A stretch of DNA of 63,272 nt, counting the filler, from Octopus bimaculoides (lineage: Eukaryota): the NCBI RefSeq assembly GCF_001194135.2. It is 9 parts of 7 records of this genome, joined end to end, with 100 filler letters (N's around TTAATTAATTAA, not from the genome) between each part and the next. Parts side by side here need not be neighbours in the genome. Positions count along the whole stretch, not along the records: positions 47,767 to 52,352 come from NC_068999.1; positions 52,453 to 61,587 come from NC_069004.1; positions 61,688 to 63,272 come from NC_069003.1; 6 more parts are not named here. One strand, given 5' to 3'. Made by a program: the position numbers and the translations under genes. Below are positions 49,331 through 62,475 of the stretch, piece by piece. Positions within the stretch are counted from its first letter, which is position 1, and every line of letters starts with the position of its first letter. The notes under the pieces are model-generated. The model was not told where the DNA came from and made no database searches. It saw only the letters and a list, made by a program, of their open reading frames with translations.

Positions 49331-51442
49331 ACGGGTTGAATCCTTAGGACATCACTTTTTACCATTTAGAGTAACGCAGTGTAACAGATTATGTAATATC
49401 CTCAGCCAAATATGTGACACGTTTAGTTCTACTTTTTCTATTATGTGTACAAAGCGTAATAATCGATATAATTTTTTTCTTTATTTCAATAAATATATAA
49501 TAATAATACACGATGGATATAAAACCAGTTATTCCCATTATCATTATTATATAAGTTTATGAAATATATATTATATAAGTTTATGAAAAATAACAAGTCT
49601 ATTCTATTTCGGAAATATGCGTTGAGATATCAAACATGTCAACAAGTACGATGAGCCTTTTATCGTGTCGGTCGATATGAAACTATAATGATGCATTTAG
49701 AAATAGGCATTGGTTAAATCAGCTACAAACGGTGCCCTAAATTGTGGGTTTGTTCCAAATATTACTTTACTGATGTGGCTAATCAGGTGAAGCTTTAATA
49801 TTAAATATACAAACAAACAAAAACAACAACAAATTCTTAATTTACCGAACTATGTTGTTTATTATAATGCAATGTTAAACTTCAAAAGAATGTTTGGTTT
49901 GAACTTTATGCAAATTTCTCTTTTGAAATAAAGCAATCTTCAATTCTGTTTACGAAAATTCTTGTAACAGAAGAAAAAAAAATCAACATGAAAGTACGCC
50001 GTTTGTGATCGTTCGAAATTTCTGTTTTTCCATCAACTAATGCACTTCCGAAACTACGCACTCACACAAGAACGCATGCATACATTCACACACACATACT
50101 CCTTCACGCACTAACACTCACGCACACACGCATGCATACATACACATTAAGGCACACACGTACACAGACGCACACACCCAAACACATATTTATGTACGTA
50201 TTTAATGATATACAATGCACATATAGAGACACACATTCGAATATATTCTGTGCTTTGAATGTGGTTGTAGTTTGGGTGGAATGAGGAAGGACACTCTGTG
50301 AACGGTTAAGCACATTTTCTTGTTATTCAAATTCACAAAACATACATAAAAAGGAAGATCAAAAGCATATTAGGGACCATTCACTTAGAGCCCCAAATTG
50401 ATTATATGTTAAAAAATAACCGGAAATTTTAAAATTGTAGATGTACAGAAATAAGCAATGATTAATTTGTATAGTAAAAATGCAACTTTCTGTATATCCC
50501 AATCACAAGACGTAGTAAAGCCCTAACATTAAACGATGCACGGTTCCTCATTTAGCATTTATCGTCAACTCATTTCAATCGACCGTGTCCATAATGAGAT
50601 TCAGTAGGACAATTCGACCGCAGCACTTATTGCTTTGAAGCCCAGTACTAGTTGTATCAGTACCTTCTGCCTAACCGTAAAATAACGGGGACTTTACTCA
50701 CCAGCAACGGTGGCCAAGAGGTGGAGGGGGACAATACAGACACAAAGANNNNNNNNNNNNNNNNNNNNNNNNNNNNNNNNNNNNNNNNNNNNNNNNNNNN
50801 NNNNNNNNNNNNNNNNNNNNNNNNNNNNNNNNNNNNNNNNNNNNNNNNNNNNNNNNNNNNNNNNNNNNNNNNNNNNNNNNNNNNNNNNNNNNNNNNNNNN
50901 NNNNNNNNNNNNNNNNNNNNNNNNNNNNNNNNNNNNNNNNNNNNNNNNNNNNNNNNNNNNNNNNNNNNNNNNNNNNNNNNNNNNNNNNNNNNNNNNNNNN
51001 NNNNNNNNNNNNNNNNNNNNNNNNNNNNNNNNNNNNNNNNNNNNNNNNNNNNNNNNNNNNNNNNNNNNNNNNNNNNNNNNNNNNNNNNNNNNNNNNNNNN
51101 NNNNNNNNNNNNNNNNNNNNNNNNNNNNNNNNNNNNNNNNNNTTAGATGGAGTCGCTGCTATAATTGGTTTTCCAACGGTTTTTCTTTTTTCATTTTTTT
51201 TTGTTTGGAAGCGTCTCAGCGGTGGTCTACCGAAGCTCCTTCCGGAATTCCTCATGAGAAGTGCGTGAGGTCGGCCATGTCTCAATCTCGTGTAGCTGGT
51301 ACATCCGTAGCGCTGATTCTAAGTTATGTATTATACGTGCAGCTTCTTTTTTCCCTTCATTGTTCTCTTTTCTTCTTTTTTTTTTGTTATAAACTACAGA
51401 CGTGCATATTATCAAAATGAACCTACATGCCTCCAGATGTAG

Positions 51443-52277
51443 CTAAATAATATGATTACCAACCTCTAGCCTATTTTTAATTTGGAGCCCAAGTCTGTGT
51501 ATGAGTATAGTCTTCTTAATTCTTAAATTATCCAAATTTCTTTCATTTCCCTCATTTCTGACTGTCATAATTTTGTCGGTGTTCCGACATAAGTCTAGAT
51601 GTTTTCTGAAGGAGGATGTTCTCGTGCTCAGATGTTGTTTGATGCGGACGTGAAACGGGCTTGCTGTGCTACCCACATAGAACTTTCGAGGAAGCGTGCA
51701 GTGTAGGTCACTTAGTCCTCCGTTCTGCTGCACTTACACTGAATGCGTGCAAGTTCATTTCTGGCTTATTCTATTTTGGTTCCGAGTGGAAGTGCTGAAT
51801 TGTATTGGACAAATATATCTCTACTGGCTGCTTTCAGTGTGGATCTCCCCTTCTTCCGTTATATTCAGTTTGAAGTCAAGTAGTGATAGCGATCCAGTGA
51901 TGTCGGGATGTCCTATAGTGAACTTTATGTTCATGTGCAAGTTATTGAACGTCGTGAATATTCTGTCAGCTCTTCACGGGAGATGTGAGTATGAGGATGT
52001 CATCTACGTACCTGGTAAAGAAGGCGCATGAGCCGCAGGTGTTGAGTGCTCGGTGTTCCAGGTGGTTCATATAATTGATGGCTAGTAGGCCCGAGAGAGT
52101 GGATCCCATGGGGAGACCTGTTGTCTGTTTGTATATGTGGTCCTGGGAAGAGGAGTAGGTGTTGTCCACGATGATGGACAAAAGTTGAATATCAGCTGCG
52201 GTATGTCCGAAGCATTGGATGTCCGACGCTATTATGCAGTCATTCTTGGTATTATTGTGCATTGTTGTACTATTCAA
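51443..52277 (-). pseudogene. Penelope-like retroelement remnant: RT plus GIY-YIG, internally deleted
   Basis: YKQTTGLPMGSTLSG..FTRYVDDILIL (PLE-type RT), NIKFT..LSLLDFKL, then FYVGSTASPFHVRIKQH (YIG box plus R..EH-like motif). Confidence 0.85.
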
Positions 52278-52352
52278 AACTTTTTATTCTTTACAAACAA
52301 TACACAGTGCTTCAAGCGAACTACAATACTATCCTATATATGTATGTATATA

Positions 52353-52452
52353 NNNNNNNNNNNNNNNNNNNNNNNNNNNNNNNNNNNNNNNNNNNNTTAA
52401 TTAATTAANNNNNNNNNNNNNNNNNNNNNNNNNNNNNNNNNNNNNNNNNNNN
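52353..52452. other. artificial scaffold-joining spacer
   Basis: 44 N + TTAATTAATTAA + 44 N. Confidence 0.95.
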
Positions 52453-53187
52453 AATTGCCCTTTTACACAGCCATTTATGTGAATTATAATTATTACTTAA
52501 GTCTGGCAATACCCTGTTCTTCAATCGAGCTGAGGAATTCATCATGATAGTAATATGAGCCAAACTGATATCATCATTCCCATCAAGTGGTACTTTCCCA
52601 TTTCCTAATTGGAGAAGTCAGGTTGAAAACTTTTTTGCACATTGGTCCCCATGTAATGAAGCTGGTACGTTAATATTGAAGGAGAATTTCAGTACTTTAT
52701 TCCGTAGGTGTGAAGACTTAATGCATGCTTTTATTTCATCAGATCTTATTCGTCTCAGAATGACTGGTAATGTCTGTCTGAAGTCTCCTGATAAAAGTAA
52801 TGTAACTCCTTCCATAAATTTATTGTTGTCTCTGATGTCCTGTAAGGTGTTACCAAGAGCTTCCATTGCACCTCTATGTGACATGGTATATTCATCTCAA
52901 ATGATAAGGTGGCATTGGCACAACACTTCTGCTGAACCTGAATCTTTGTTTATGTTAAAAATTAGTCTGTCACTTGTGACCAGATTTAGTGGTAACTTAA
53001 TAGCAGAATGGGTTGTTCGCCCTCCTGTGAGAATGGTGGCAGCAAAGCCAGACAATGGTACAGCAAGTGCAATTTTTTTTTGCCTTACTTTGGAGAGAAG
53101 TAATGTTACAAATGTCTTACGTGTGTCACCGGGAGCATCAAGAAAGAGAATTCCTTTGCTTTTATCTGACGATTGTGGATTCCACCC
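52453..53187 (-). pseudogene. older Helitron PIF1-helicase fragment
   Basis: LFLDAPGDTRKT (decayed Walker A), GGRTTHSAIKLPL, II*DEYTMSH, SGDFRQTLPV. Clearly divergent from the helicase at 56149-56700. Confidence 0.85.
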
Positions 53188-53199
53188 GCNNNNNNNNNN

Positions 53200-53250
<51 letters not shown>

Positions 53251-53302
53251 ACAGAGAGATACATATACATGCAGTATCAAACCACAGATGAAATGGAGGT
53301 GG

Positions 53303-53352
<50 letters not shown>

Positions 53353-53864
53353 GTGAAGGGGTGTATTGTCATATATACGTACATACATAAATAATAGGCG
53401 TACATCTTTCGTATGAGTGTGTGTGAGAGAGAGAGAATGCCACTTAGACATCACTGTCCCTCTCTCACACACACTCATACATACAGAAAAGATGTATGCA
53501 TATGTATTTATGTATGTACGAATACATGACAACACACCCCTTCACTCAGTTACACACACACAGACACCATACATAAATGTATACAAATATACATACAAAA
53601 ACACGTGTGCGTGTGTGACTTATAAATACATAGAGCTGAACAAGGCGTGAAAAAGAAAATAAATTTTTAAAAATTACGTAAATAAACTAAGTGTGCGAGT
53701 TCCAGCAAAATAATGGCCCATATTTTTTTGAGCGGCACATGTTTAATTGCAAAATTTTAACGTGATATTTGTGTAATAAAGAAATCAAATCTGAGGGTGT
53801 GTGTGCGTGGGGAGAGAGAGAGAGAGANNNNNNNNNNAAAGAAATCAAATCTGAGGGTGTGTGT

Positions 53865-53913
<49 letters not shown>

Positions 53914-55288
53914 TGCAAACAATGAATGAGATGGAGATGGAATGAAAAATCGTATAAATAAAAGTGTCTTGTACCGAATATTTAAATTTGTGAACTTAGT
54001 AAATATTTCTTTCAGTAATTTATTGTAGTTGTTTACAAATAGCGAATTAGAACTTGAAATGAAAGCATCAAAATTTAGAGAGGGACAGACTTCGCTGTTT
54101 TTATATCAATACCGGAAGTTGACATTGAGAAACCTTTTTAAAGCAGTGAATCTAATGTAAAGAATTTCATTAAAAAATATCCATTTTCTTGAAAGTTAAG
54201 ACGAATTGAAGTAGACTCGGGTGAATTTTCAGAAAATTCCCACCCTCTCCTAAAACTAACTACCGCACAAAAATTTTATATATTCGAAATTGACATGATA
54301 GAACNNNNNNNNNNNNNNNNNNNNNNNNNNNNNNNNNNNNNNNNNNNNNNNNNNNNNNNNNNNNNNNNNNNNNNNNNNNNNNNNNNNNNNNNNNNNNNNN
54401 NNNNNNNNNNNNNNNNNNNNNNNNNNNNNNNNNNNNNNNNNNNNNNNNNNNNNNNNNNNNNNNNNNNNNNNNNNNNNNNNNNNNNNNNNNNNNNNNNNNN
54501 NNNNNNNNNNNNNNNNNNNNNNNNNNNNNNNNNNNNTTTTTGTTTGTAAATAATGATTGAAAACTTAGATTTACAGTGAAAACAATAACATGGAAGTTGA
54601 ATAATGGCGGATGAAAATTGAAAGTGAAAAGAATAGGGTCCATAAAATGAAAGTGAAAGCAAGAGATATAGACAGAGAGATAGAAATAAACAAAGATGGA
54701 TAGAGAGATATACATAAAGAGATATGTTACGTCACTGACGCTAGAAAACCGGAGGTAAAAATATAAAAATCTTTGAAAGACTTGAATGTAATATAAAAAG
54801 CAATATTTTTTTATTTTAAAGAATTTTAAATAAAAAAATCAAATGAAGACCCTAAAATATGTCCGAGATCAAATTATTCGTGCATTACAAATATGGAAGT
54901 AGTTGGTGAAACCGTTTTCGCATGAAAAGTGAATACGTACACGTCTCTATTTTATATATATACTAGCAGCTAAACCCGGTTTCACCCGGTCTGTTTGGAT
55001 GATGTGGCCGTGATCATTTTTGGTTAGGCATAATCTATAACAGCGTTTCTCAACCTTATCATTTAGGGTCTCCTGTTTCGATTGAAAGATATATGAAATG
55101 GACGTGCGTGCGTGCGCGCGCGTACGTGTGTGTGTGTATGTCAGAGAGAAAGAGGGTGAGAAAGAGAGATAGAGTGAGTAAGTGAAGTTGTGTGTCATTG
55201 ACTTACGTTGGCTGGCACGGCAAGTACGAAGCTTTTGAGGTGACAGATGACTGGGGTGATTTGGAAGGTGTGAAGAAATGCCGCATTT

Positions 55289-58200
55289 TCAGTGGATCGC
55301 TTCTTTGTAGGCAACGTTTCTCGTTTTCCCTTCTGATGCACAAATGCATAGACTTTATGGCCTGCCAACACAGGAGCATCCAACGTAAAGTTGATCGTGG
55401 GAGAACACTTGCTCTGTGAGATTTAAACCAACTATTTGCAATGATTAACCCTGTGCCTTATTTATTGTCATTGCAAAGAAGAGTTTGATANNNNNNNNNN
55501 NNNNNNNNNNNNNNNNNNNNNNNNNNNNNNNNNNNNNNNNNNNNNNNNNNNNNNNNNNNNNNNNNNNNNNNNNNNNNNNNNNNNNNNNNNNNNNNNNNNN
55601 NNNNNNNNNNNNNNNNNNNNNNNNNNNNNNNNNNNNNNNNNNNNNNNNNNNNNNNNNNNNNNNNNNNNNNNNNNNNNNNNNNNNNNNNNNNNNNNNNNNN
55701 NNNNNNNNNNNNNNNNNNNNNNNNNNNNNNNNNNNNNNNNNNNNNNNNNNNNNNNNNNNNNNNNNNNNNNNNNNNNNNNNNNNNGGTCGTATTATCCGAG
55801 TTTTCATGCGTGTCAATGGACTTGAAGAAGAGTTTTTCTCCAGGAAGCAGATCGAGAAGTTTGTTATTGGTAGCGGTCGACTGTTTTATTGTGAGGCGCC
55901 AAAATTGCTCTTCCTTGTAGGCAAGTGTCAAGGCTTTGGTTTGCAATGTCAGGAAAAACGGAAGAAATCAAATCATCGACGGTAGGCACAAAGTTACCAA
56001 ATGGTAAATGGATGAAACCATCAGCATCGCCAGCTGCAGTTCCATTACCAGCATCGGGAAGCTGCGCTGAGAATGTGGCTGCGTTTTCGTCGCCATGCAC
56101 GTGAACTCTCATGTTCGTAGTCAGGTGAAGTTTCTCGATGTGTTGCCATCAGTAGGATGATTTTATGGAAGTATTTACCTCGTCAGCTCTTGTCCCCCGT
56201 GGAATGACAGGTAGAGTTTGTCGGAAGTCACCAGCAAGTAGAACAGTCACTCCACCCATCACTCTCATATTGCGTCTCAGGTCTTGAAGAGACCGATCTA
56301 GCGCCTCAAAAGCCGTCTTATGACTCATGGTTGCCTCATCCCAAATGATAAGGCTGCACTCATTCAGAAGATTTCCCATGGCTGAGCCATGACTAACATT
56401 GCAAGTCGGATTTTCCTGTTTGGTCAAGTCTAGTGGTAATTTGAAGGCTGAGTGTGCCGTACGACCGCCATGCAGTAGAGTTGCCGCGATGCCGCTGTAT
56501 GCAACCGTTATGGCAGTCCGATTTTCCTGGCGAATTTTGGCGAGCAGGAGGTTCATGAGAAAAGTTTTTCCGGTTCCGCCGGGAGCATCCAAGAAAAAAA
56601 GTCGTCCGTCGTTGGAATTAACACTGGAGAGGATCCTGTTGTATGCAATTCTCTGTTCTTCCAAAAGTCTAGGCTCATCCTGAGCAACCTGTGCCACCAT
56701 TTCTTGCGTGTTGTAGCTCAACTCTCGCATGTACTCAGCAGCTAAAGCATTTGGAATGTCCCGCGGAATCGACAAACCGAAATATGAAACGCCAACACCT
56801 CCCATAGCTTGCAGTCGCGATTGCAAATCGAGGAGGGCTTTGTTGTAGATGACGTCATTAAAGTCGAATGCAGCTGTTGGATCTTCGGCTTGAAGTCGTC
56901 GGAGAGGGTTAGACACATTACTGAATAGCAAGATGAGACAAAATATTCGGCGCATTGCTTCTGGTGTCCTCCATTCGGCGGCCTCTTCCAATGCCGTGTT
57001 CCAGAGACCGTCATCCTCGAGCAGTCCCCGTCGCAAGCAAGCTTCCCTGTAAGTGCAACACATTTGTCCTTCGAATGACCTGACGTCGTCAAACGATGTT
57101 GGGCCTTTCACATGAAACAGAAGCATCCGCAAAAGAAAGCACTCCTGATCCTTTGGGTGTACAGTGTGGACACGACCGATCATATTTCCTTTGTGGATTG
57201 CCTCACCGACCTCATCGTTGATTCGCATTCCCTGCCGCCGCCTTTGCCACTTTTTGTTAGTCCAAGTGAAGTAGGACGGCACATCAGCGTAAAGTAGAGT
57301 TTGCGCAAAGGAATCGGAAGTACACAACTTAAAAAGGCATGTAAGTGTATTTCCAGTGGCTGTTTGATTACATTTGTGGCGGTTTTCTCAGTGAAGTAAA
57401 CACGTTGCCCATTTTTTAAGTGTACATGTAAGCCGAATACAGCTGGAGAGGACTGGTGAATATCAAAACCTAGAATGCACCATGCCGCCATATTGGACGA
57501 AATATACCTGCCCATGTCGTATTGAAGGATTTCATCGTTGGCCGTCTCTTCATCCTGCACATCCAAACAGCCATGTCACCACCCTTGTTTACATATTTGC
57601 ATATGTACTTGATACCTTTAATCGAGGTGTAAGATTCAACGTTGATGTGGGCGTTGAAAGTTTTAATGAAGAAAGGGCTGTACGGAACAACCATACTGTT
57701 GTCGATATCAATGTCTTTGCCCTTTATCCTTTTTTCGCCGAAATTCCTCCAAAGTCAGGGGCACGTCGTCGGTAAATTGAGTAACCGTCAATACCAGTAC
57801 ATGTAGCCCTGCTGAAAGCCCTGGGATAGTGCTTTGAACATCTATTGCTTTCCGTACATGGAGAATTAGGATTCAAGGTACCACAGGGCCCGTGTATTAT
57901 ATGCGCCGACACGATTTTGAATAGCTGCAAGTCGACATTAGGGTCAGGCAGTTCTGCACATATAATCTGATCGATGTTCGCAAGTCGGATTCTTTCTTGG
58001 CACCAAATCAGTATATGGGCGTGTGGAAAACCCCGCTTTTGCCATCTACAGTGTACATCTACGCGTTAAGTTTTCCGTAGACATTGCCATGTTGCAATAG
58101 TCACATGAATTTCTGCAATTTTCCATGGAAAACTCTGGTCACTAAGTCGTGCCTGTCGCATGCTGCCTGGCCCTTGAATAAGTTTTCCTTTATCTCTCGC

Positions 58201-59925
58201 CAAGTTGAGTTGCACGTAAAGGTGATGAAGAGGTCAGGTCCGCCAAATTTACGGACATATGCCATGGCATCCTGTGTGCGCTGATGCATGTACCGTGGAG
58301 ACCCGGTATAGCTGGAAGGAAGTATGACCGGAAGGCCAATGTTTCTTGCATTACCGTACATCTGGACTTGATCCTTAAGGTTAAAATATCGATCCACACG
58401 CAATTTCTTTTGATTCTGACGAATATAAAGAAGCCTTTCACCTTCAATCTTGGCAAACATGTCAACCAAGAATTGATTTGTGACTTCCTTGTACTGCAGC
58501 AGTTGGTTGAACTGACCTTCTCTGACCATAAGACGAAAGGCATAGAATTCCTTGCATGAAACAGTCTTTGTTAATTCAACACCCGTCATTGAATCAACAT
58601 GTCGTAGCTCAAAGTTGTAGCCATCCTCTCCAAAGGGAAACAGAAGCGGGTACTGCAGGCAGTCGTACAACCGATGGGTTTTCGAAACAAAGGACAGTCG
58701 GCTATCGCGGTGCTGGAGGATAGTATCATGCTTGCCATTTTCTTCGCCAATTATGATTGCTGCAACTTCGTTGGTAGTTGGAGTATTGAAACGTCGCGGG
58801 TGCTCACCAGCAGGTCACCTGTGAGCTTTAATTATCAATTTTAGCTCAAGTTGGGCTTCCAAAAGCTCCAACGCATTCTTGAATTTGTTGACATCAGGGT
58901 GTGTTGCATGAAGCATCTGTTGGAGCTCAGCAGCAATTGCTGCGTCAACATCTGAATTTCTGTTGCACCGTTGGATAATTTCTGCTTTTAAACAATCCAT
59001 GAAGAAAATCTGCAAGAACTTGGGTTCCTTGGTAGGCTGAGAACAAAGATTGCCCATGCGGTGGTAACACTGAGCTTGAATCTTGAAGGTGTAATGTTTC
59101 TCCTTTTTGTTTGCAGGATTAACCGCCAAACTGCCATCAATATTGACGTTGTTGATGTTATGTTTGTCGTGGACGTTCTTTACGCCAAAAGAGGTTATAG
59201 CAAAATAGGAGTTATATCTCCAAATGCCTTTTCGGAATTTTTTGCGTGGTCGGAGCTATAGAAGAAGAGAGTTTTCAGAACTTGTGGTGGATCTGCGAGC
59301 GGCTGAAGTAGAACCTTGCTTCCGGAACAACAAAGACCAGCTCGCTCACCAACCCACTTCTTAGCTTGACAAAATCGGCATTCCCTGTCCATTTTACCAA
59401 GACACACGTCATGGTGATTGGAGAAATCATCTGCAGGACTGTATCTGAAGGCAGCTCTTATCCAAAATGCACCCCTTGCAGCAGCAACAATTCTTTGATG
59501 TCGACCTGCCAACCTGTTTTCCGTAGCCTCTGATGATTCTTCAAGACTCGATCCCTGGCATGGACTATGTTGGTCAGCAAGGCAGGCCTCTCTTGCTTCA
59601 ACAAGCTCTTCAAGAAGTGAGCGTTGATTACGACTACGCTGGGCAGTAAGACGTGCCTGCCTTGCTTCTGCTGACTCCTGAAGTAGTGAGTGTTGATCAC
59701 GACTACGCTGTGCAGCAAGACGGGCCTCTCTTGCTTCTGGTGTTTGCTGAAAGGAACAGTAGAGGACACATGAAAGTGCAATATTGAAATGGGATACACG
59801 AGAATGTGTGGAAGCAAAATCGAAATATGAATGTTGAAAAACGTACCTGTGAACGCAACTCTCTTTTTCGCCGTTTTAGGAGGGCATTCCTTTTGGAACA
59901 GCGTTGATCGTTTTCGGTTAGGCAT
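55289..59925 (-). pseudogene. Helitron RepHel transposase gene with an intron (59747-59846), multiple frameshifts
   Basis: Rep motifs PDLFITFTCN, WQKRGFPHAHILIW (HUH) and IKYICKYVNKG. Helicase motifs DAPGGTGKT, IIWDEATM, GDFRQTLPV, FAMTINKAQG and KTRNVAYKE. N-terminal QTPEAREARLAAQRSR-type repeats. Splice sites CAG|GTACGT ... TTTCAG|CAA. Confidence 0.9.
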
Positions 59926-59959
59926 TATCTGTAAAGATGGTTTTTATTGAGCGAAACGT

Positions 59960-61240
59960 TATGAGATTTTTAACTGTACTGCCAAAGTTCTGCAACTTAA
60001 TAGCAGACATATCCAATTTAAGAAAAGTGAAGATAAAAGCTAAGTGGAGCAGTATGGAATAAGTCATTGTTATACGTTTATAGAAAAATAGATACGTACC
60101 TTTTTAGAGAAGAAAATGTAGCTGATAACTATTGTTGTGAAGAAAAAATTTCTAGGTAGTCTGTTTTTGAGAACTATTCTATTGGACCTCTGTCTAATCA
60201 CGTCTTTTAAGGAACACACACATACATAAAAATATGAGGCCATGGTAGAAAATTTTTACGATAGTTGATTTATAGAAAAGATTATGTTAAATGTTTGAAA
60301 TGCAAATCTGTGAATGAAAATTAAGTTCAGACCTCTACATGGTAGGTAGACCTTGTGAAAATAGCAGCCAAATCTGAAGAATTTACGAGGAAATTGTATG
60401 TAAGAAGTAAAGCAGAAATGAATTTTAACTGTACTGCCAAAGTTCTGCAACTTAATAGCAGATGCATCCAATTTAAAGAAAGTGAAGATAAAAGCTAAGA
60501 GGAGAATTATAGAATAAGTCATTCGTTTTCGAAAACAGGGATTTTTGGCAAAAGAAATTCTTGAAATAAAGATATTTGGGAGAAAATGTGGTGGGGGAGG
60601 GCGGAAGTCTTTCCAAAATATCTTCGCAGGAAACAGCTTCAAGAGTTGTGAAGAAAGAATTTCTAGGTAGTCTGTTTCTGAGAACTATTCTATTGGACCT
60701 CTGTCTAATCACGTCTTTTAAGGTACACACACGTACATAGAAAATGTGAGGTCATGGTAGAAAATTTTTACGATAGTTGATTTATGGAAAATATTATGTT
60801 AAATGTTTGAAATGCAAATCTGTGAATGAAAAATAAGTTCAGACCTCTACATGGTAGATAGACCTGGTAGAAATAGCAGTCAAATCTCCCTCGAAACACC
60901 CTACTGTATTAATGCGACAATTCTGCATTGTTTGAATGAGAAACTGTAAGGTGTGAGAGCAACTGGTTGTGTTAATGGCAGAAGGAATGGGAATTGCATT
61001 AGGAAAAGATTTAATTAATGTTCTCGGTAAGTATGGGGGCTAGGAAAAATAGAAGAAGCATTAAGAAGTTAACGTTAAGAATTGCTTTAGCAGAAAATGA
61101 AGCTGTAAGAATTAACGGGGAAATCGTATGTAAGAATTAATAGCAGACGTATCCAATTTAAGAAAAGTGAAGGTAAATGCTAAGTGAAGAAGTATGGAAT
61201 AAGTAATTGTTATAACAATTTATATTATAGAATAGATACA
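59960..61240. repeat. about 450-510 bp tandem duplication in the Helitron 5' region
   Basis: Block AACTGTACTGCCAAAGTTCTGC at about 59970 and 60425 (related block near 61140). Block TTTCTAGGTAGTCTGTTT..GACCTCTACATGG at about 60149 and 60660. Confidence 0.85.
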
Positions 61241-61587
61241 TACCTGTTGAAGAAGAAAATGTATGTGAGAGTTATTGTATTGGACGTCTGTATAATCATA
61301 GAGAAAGTGAGACATATGAAATGGACGTGTGTGTGTGTGTGTGTGTATGTGTGTGTGTCTTTTGCGGCTAATTTGGCGGGAGTTTTGCAGTCAGCAGGAG
61401 GTGGTTTGTGTTTTATCTCTCAATCAATGGCCGGACAAGTGAAAATATTATTTTAATATGTGTTTTGGGGAAAGGGGATCTTTTGAAGTGGGTGTCAAAT
61501 GAAAAGAGACATGGGCAGTTTTATGACTGAACTTCTTTTGAAATTGGCGTGAGACGGAAGAATTTGTGCGTGCGTATGTCTGTGTGT

Positions 61588-61687
61588 NNNNNNNNNNNNN
61601 NNNNNNNNNNNNNNNNNNNNNNNNNNNNNNNTTAATTAATTAANNNNNNNNNNNNNNNNNNNNNNNNNNNNNNNNNNNNNNNNNNNN
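61588..61687. other. artificial scaffold-joining spacer
   Basis: 44 N + TTAATTAATTAA + 44 N. Confidence 0.95.
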
Positions 61688-61765
61688 CGGAGGTTGAGGG
61701 GGGGGGGACATATTTGTAGTTATGCCGCCATTAAAACCAGTCTGACCCTCGAAACCACGTTATTT

Positions 61766-62475
61766 ACGTCTTTATTGCCCACAGGGGGCTAAAAATTGAG
61801 GGGACAAAGGAGGACAGACAAAGGGATTAAGTCGATTACATCGACTCCAGTGCGTAACTGGTACTTAATTTATTGACCCCGAAAGGATGAAAGGCAAAGT
61901 CGACCTCGGCGGAATTTGAACTCAGAACGTAACGGCAGGCGAAATACCGCTAAGCATTTCGCCCGGTGTGCTAACGTTTCTGCCATATAGATGGCAGAAT
62001 CAACATTTTGCCATATAGATGGGATTATGTTATCAATAATGAAAGGAAATATTGGTTTCCGATTTTGGCAAAAGGCCAGCAATTTCGGGAGCGGGGAGGG
62101 AGACAAGGAAGTCGATCACACCGATTCTAGTGTTCAACCCCGAAAGGATCAAAGGCAAAGTTGACCTCGGTGGGATTTGAACTCAGAACGTAGCAACAGA
62201 CGAAATACCGCTAAGCATTTCGCCCGGCGCGCTAACGCTTCTTATTTCTTTATTGCCCACAAGGGGCTAAACATAGAGGGGACAAACAAGGACAGACAAA
62301 GGAGTTAAATCGATTACATCGACTCCAGTGCGTAACTGGTACATAATTTATCGACCGCGAAAGGATCAAAGGCAAAGTCGACCTCGGCGGAATTTGAACT
62401 CAGAACGTAACGGCAGACGAAATACCGCTAAGCATTTCGCCCCGTGCGCTAACGTTTCTGCCAGCACGGTGCCTT
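61766..62475 (-). mobile_element. composite of three family A SINE units flanked by a 14-bp direct repeat
   Basis: Units at about 61766-61985, 62065-62238 and 62239-62475. AAACCACGTTATTT at 61752-61765 and 62476-62489. Confidence 0.82.

Larger units (their letters stand above)
54963..61587 (-). mobile_element. near-complete Helitron (Rep/HUH + PIF1 helicase), decayed; 5' end beyond the scaffold end
   Basis: 3' end hairpin CCGG-GTGAAA-CCGG followed by TTTAGCTG-CTAG|T at 54963. Rep and helicase motifs throughout. Tandemly repeated 5' region. Confidence 0.93.

Noticed and set aside
51221-51262. Hammerhead downstream of the PLE remnant (CTCATGA..GGAA hairpin..GGTA)
   Set aside because: Both core boxes deviate (G5 to C, no GAAA), so it cannot be supported.
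53779-53885. Exact duplication across a 10-N gap (also 25761-25868)
   Set aside because: Typical of an unmerged contig overlap rather than a real tandem duplication.
55073-55206. Helitron donor splicing into the TBPL1 exon on the same strand (gene capture)
   Set aside because: The two lie on different, artificially joined scaffolds.
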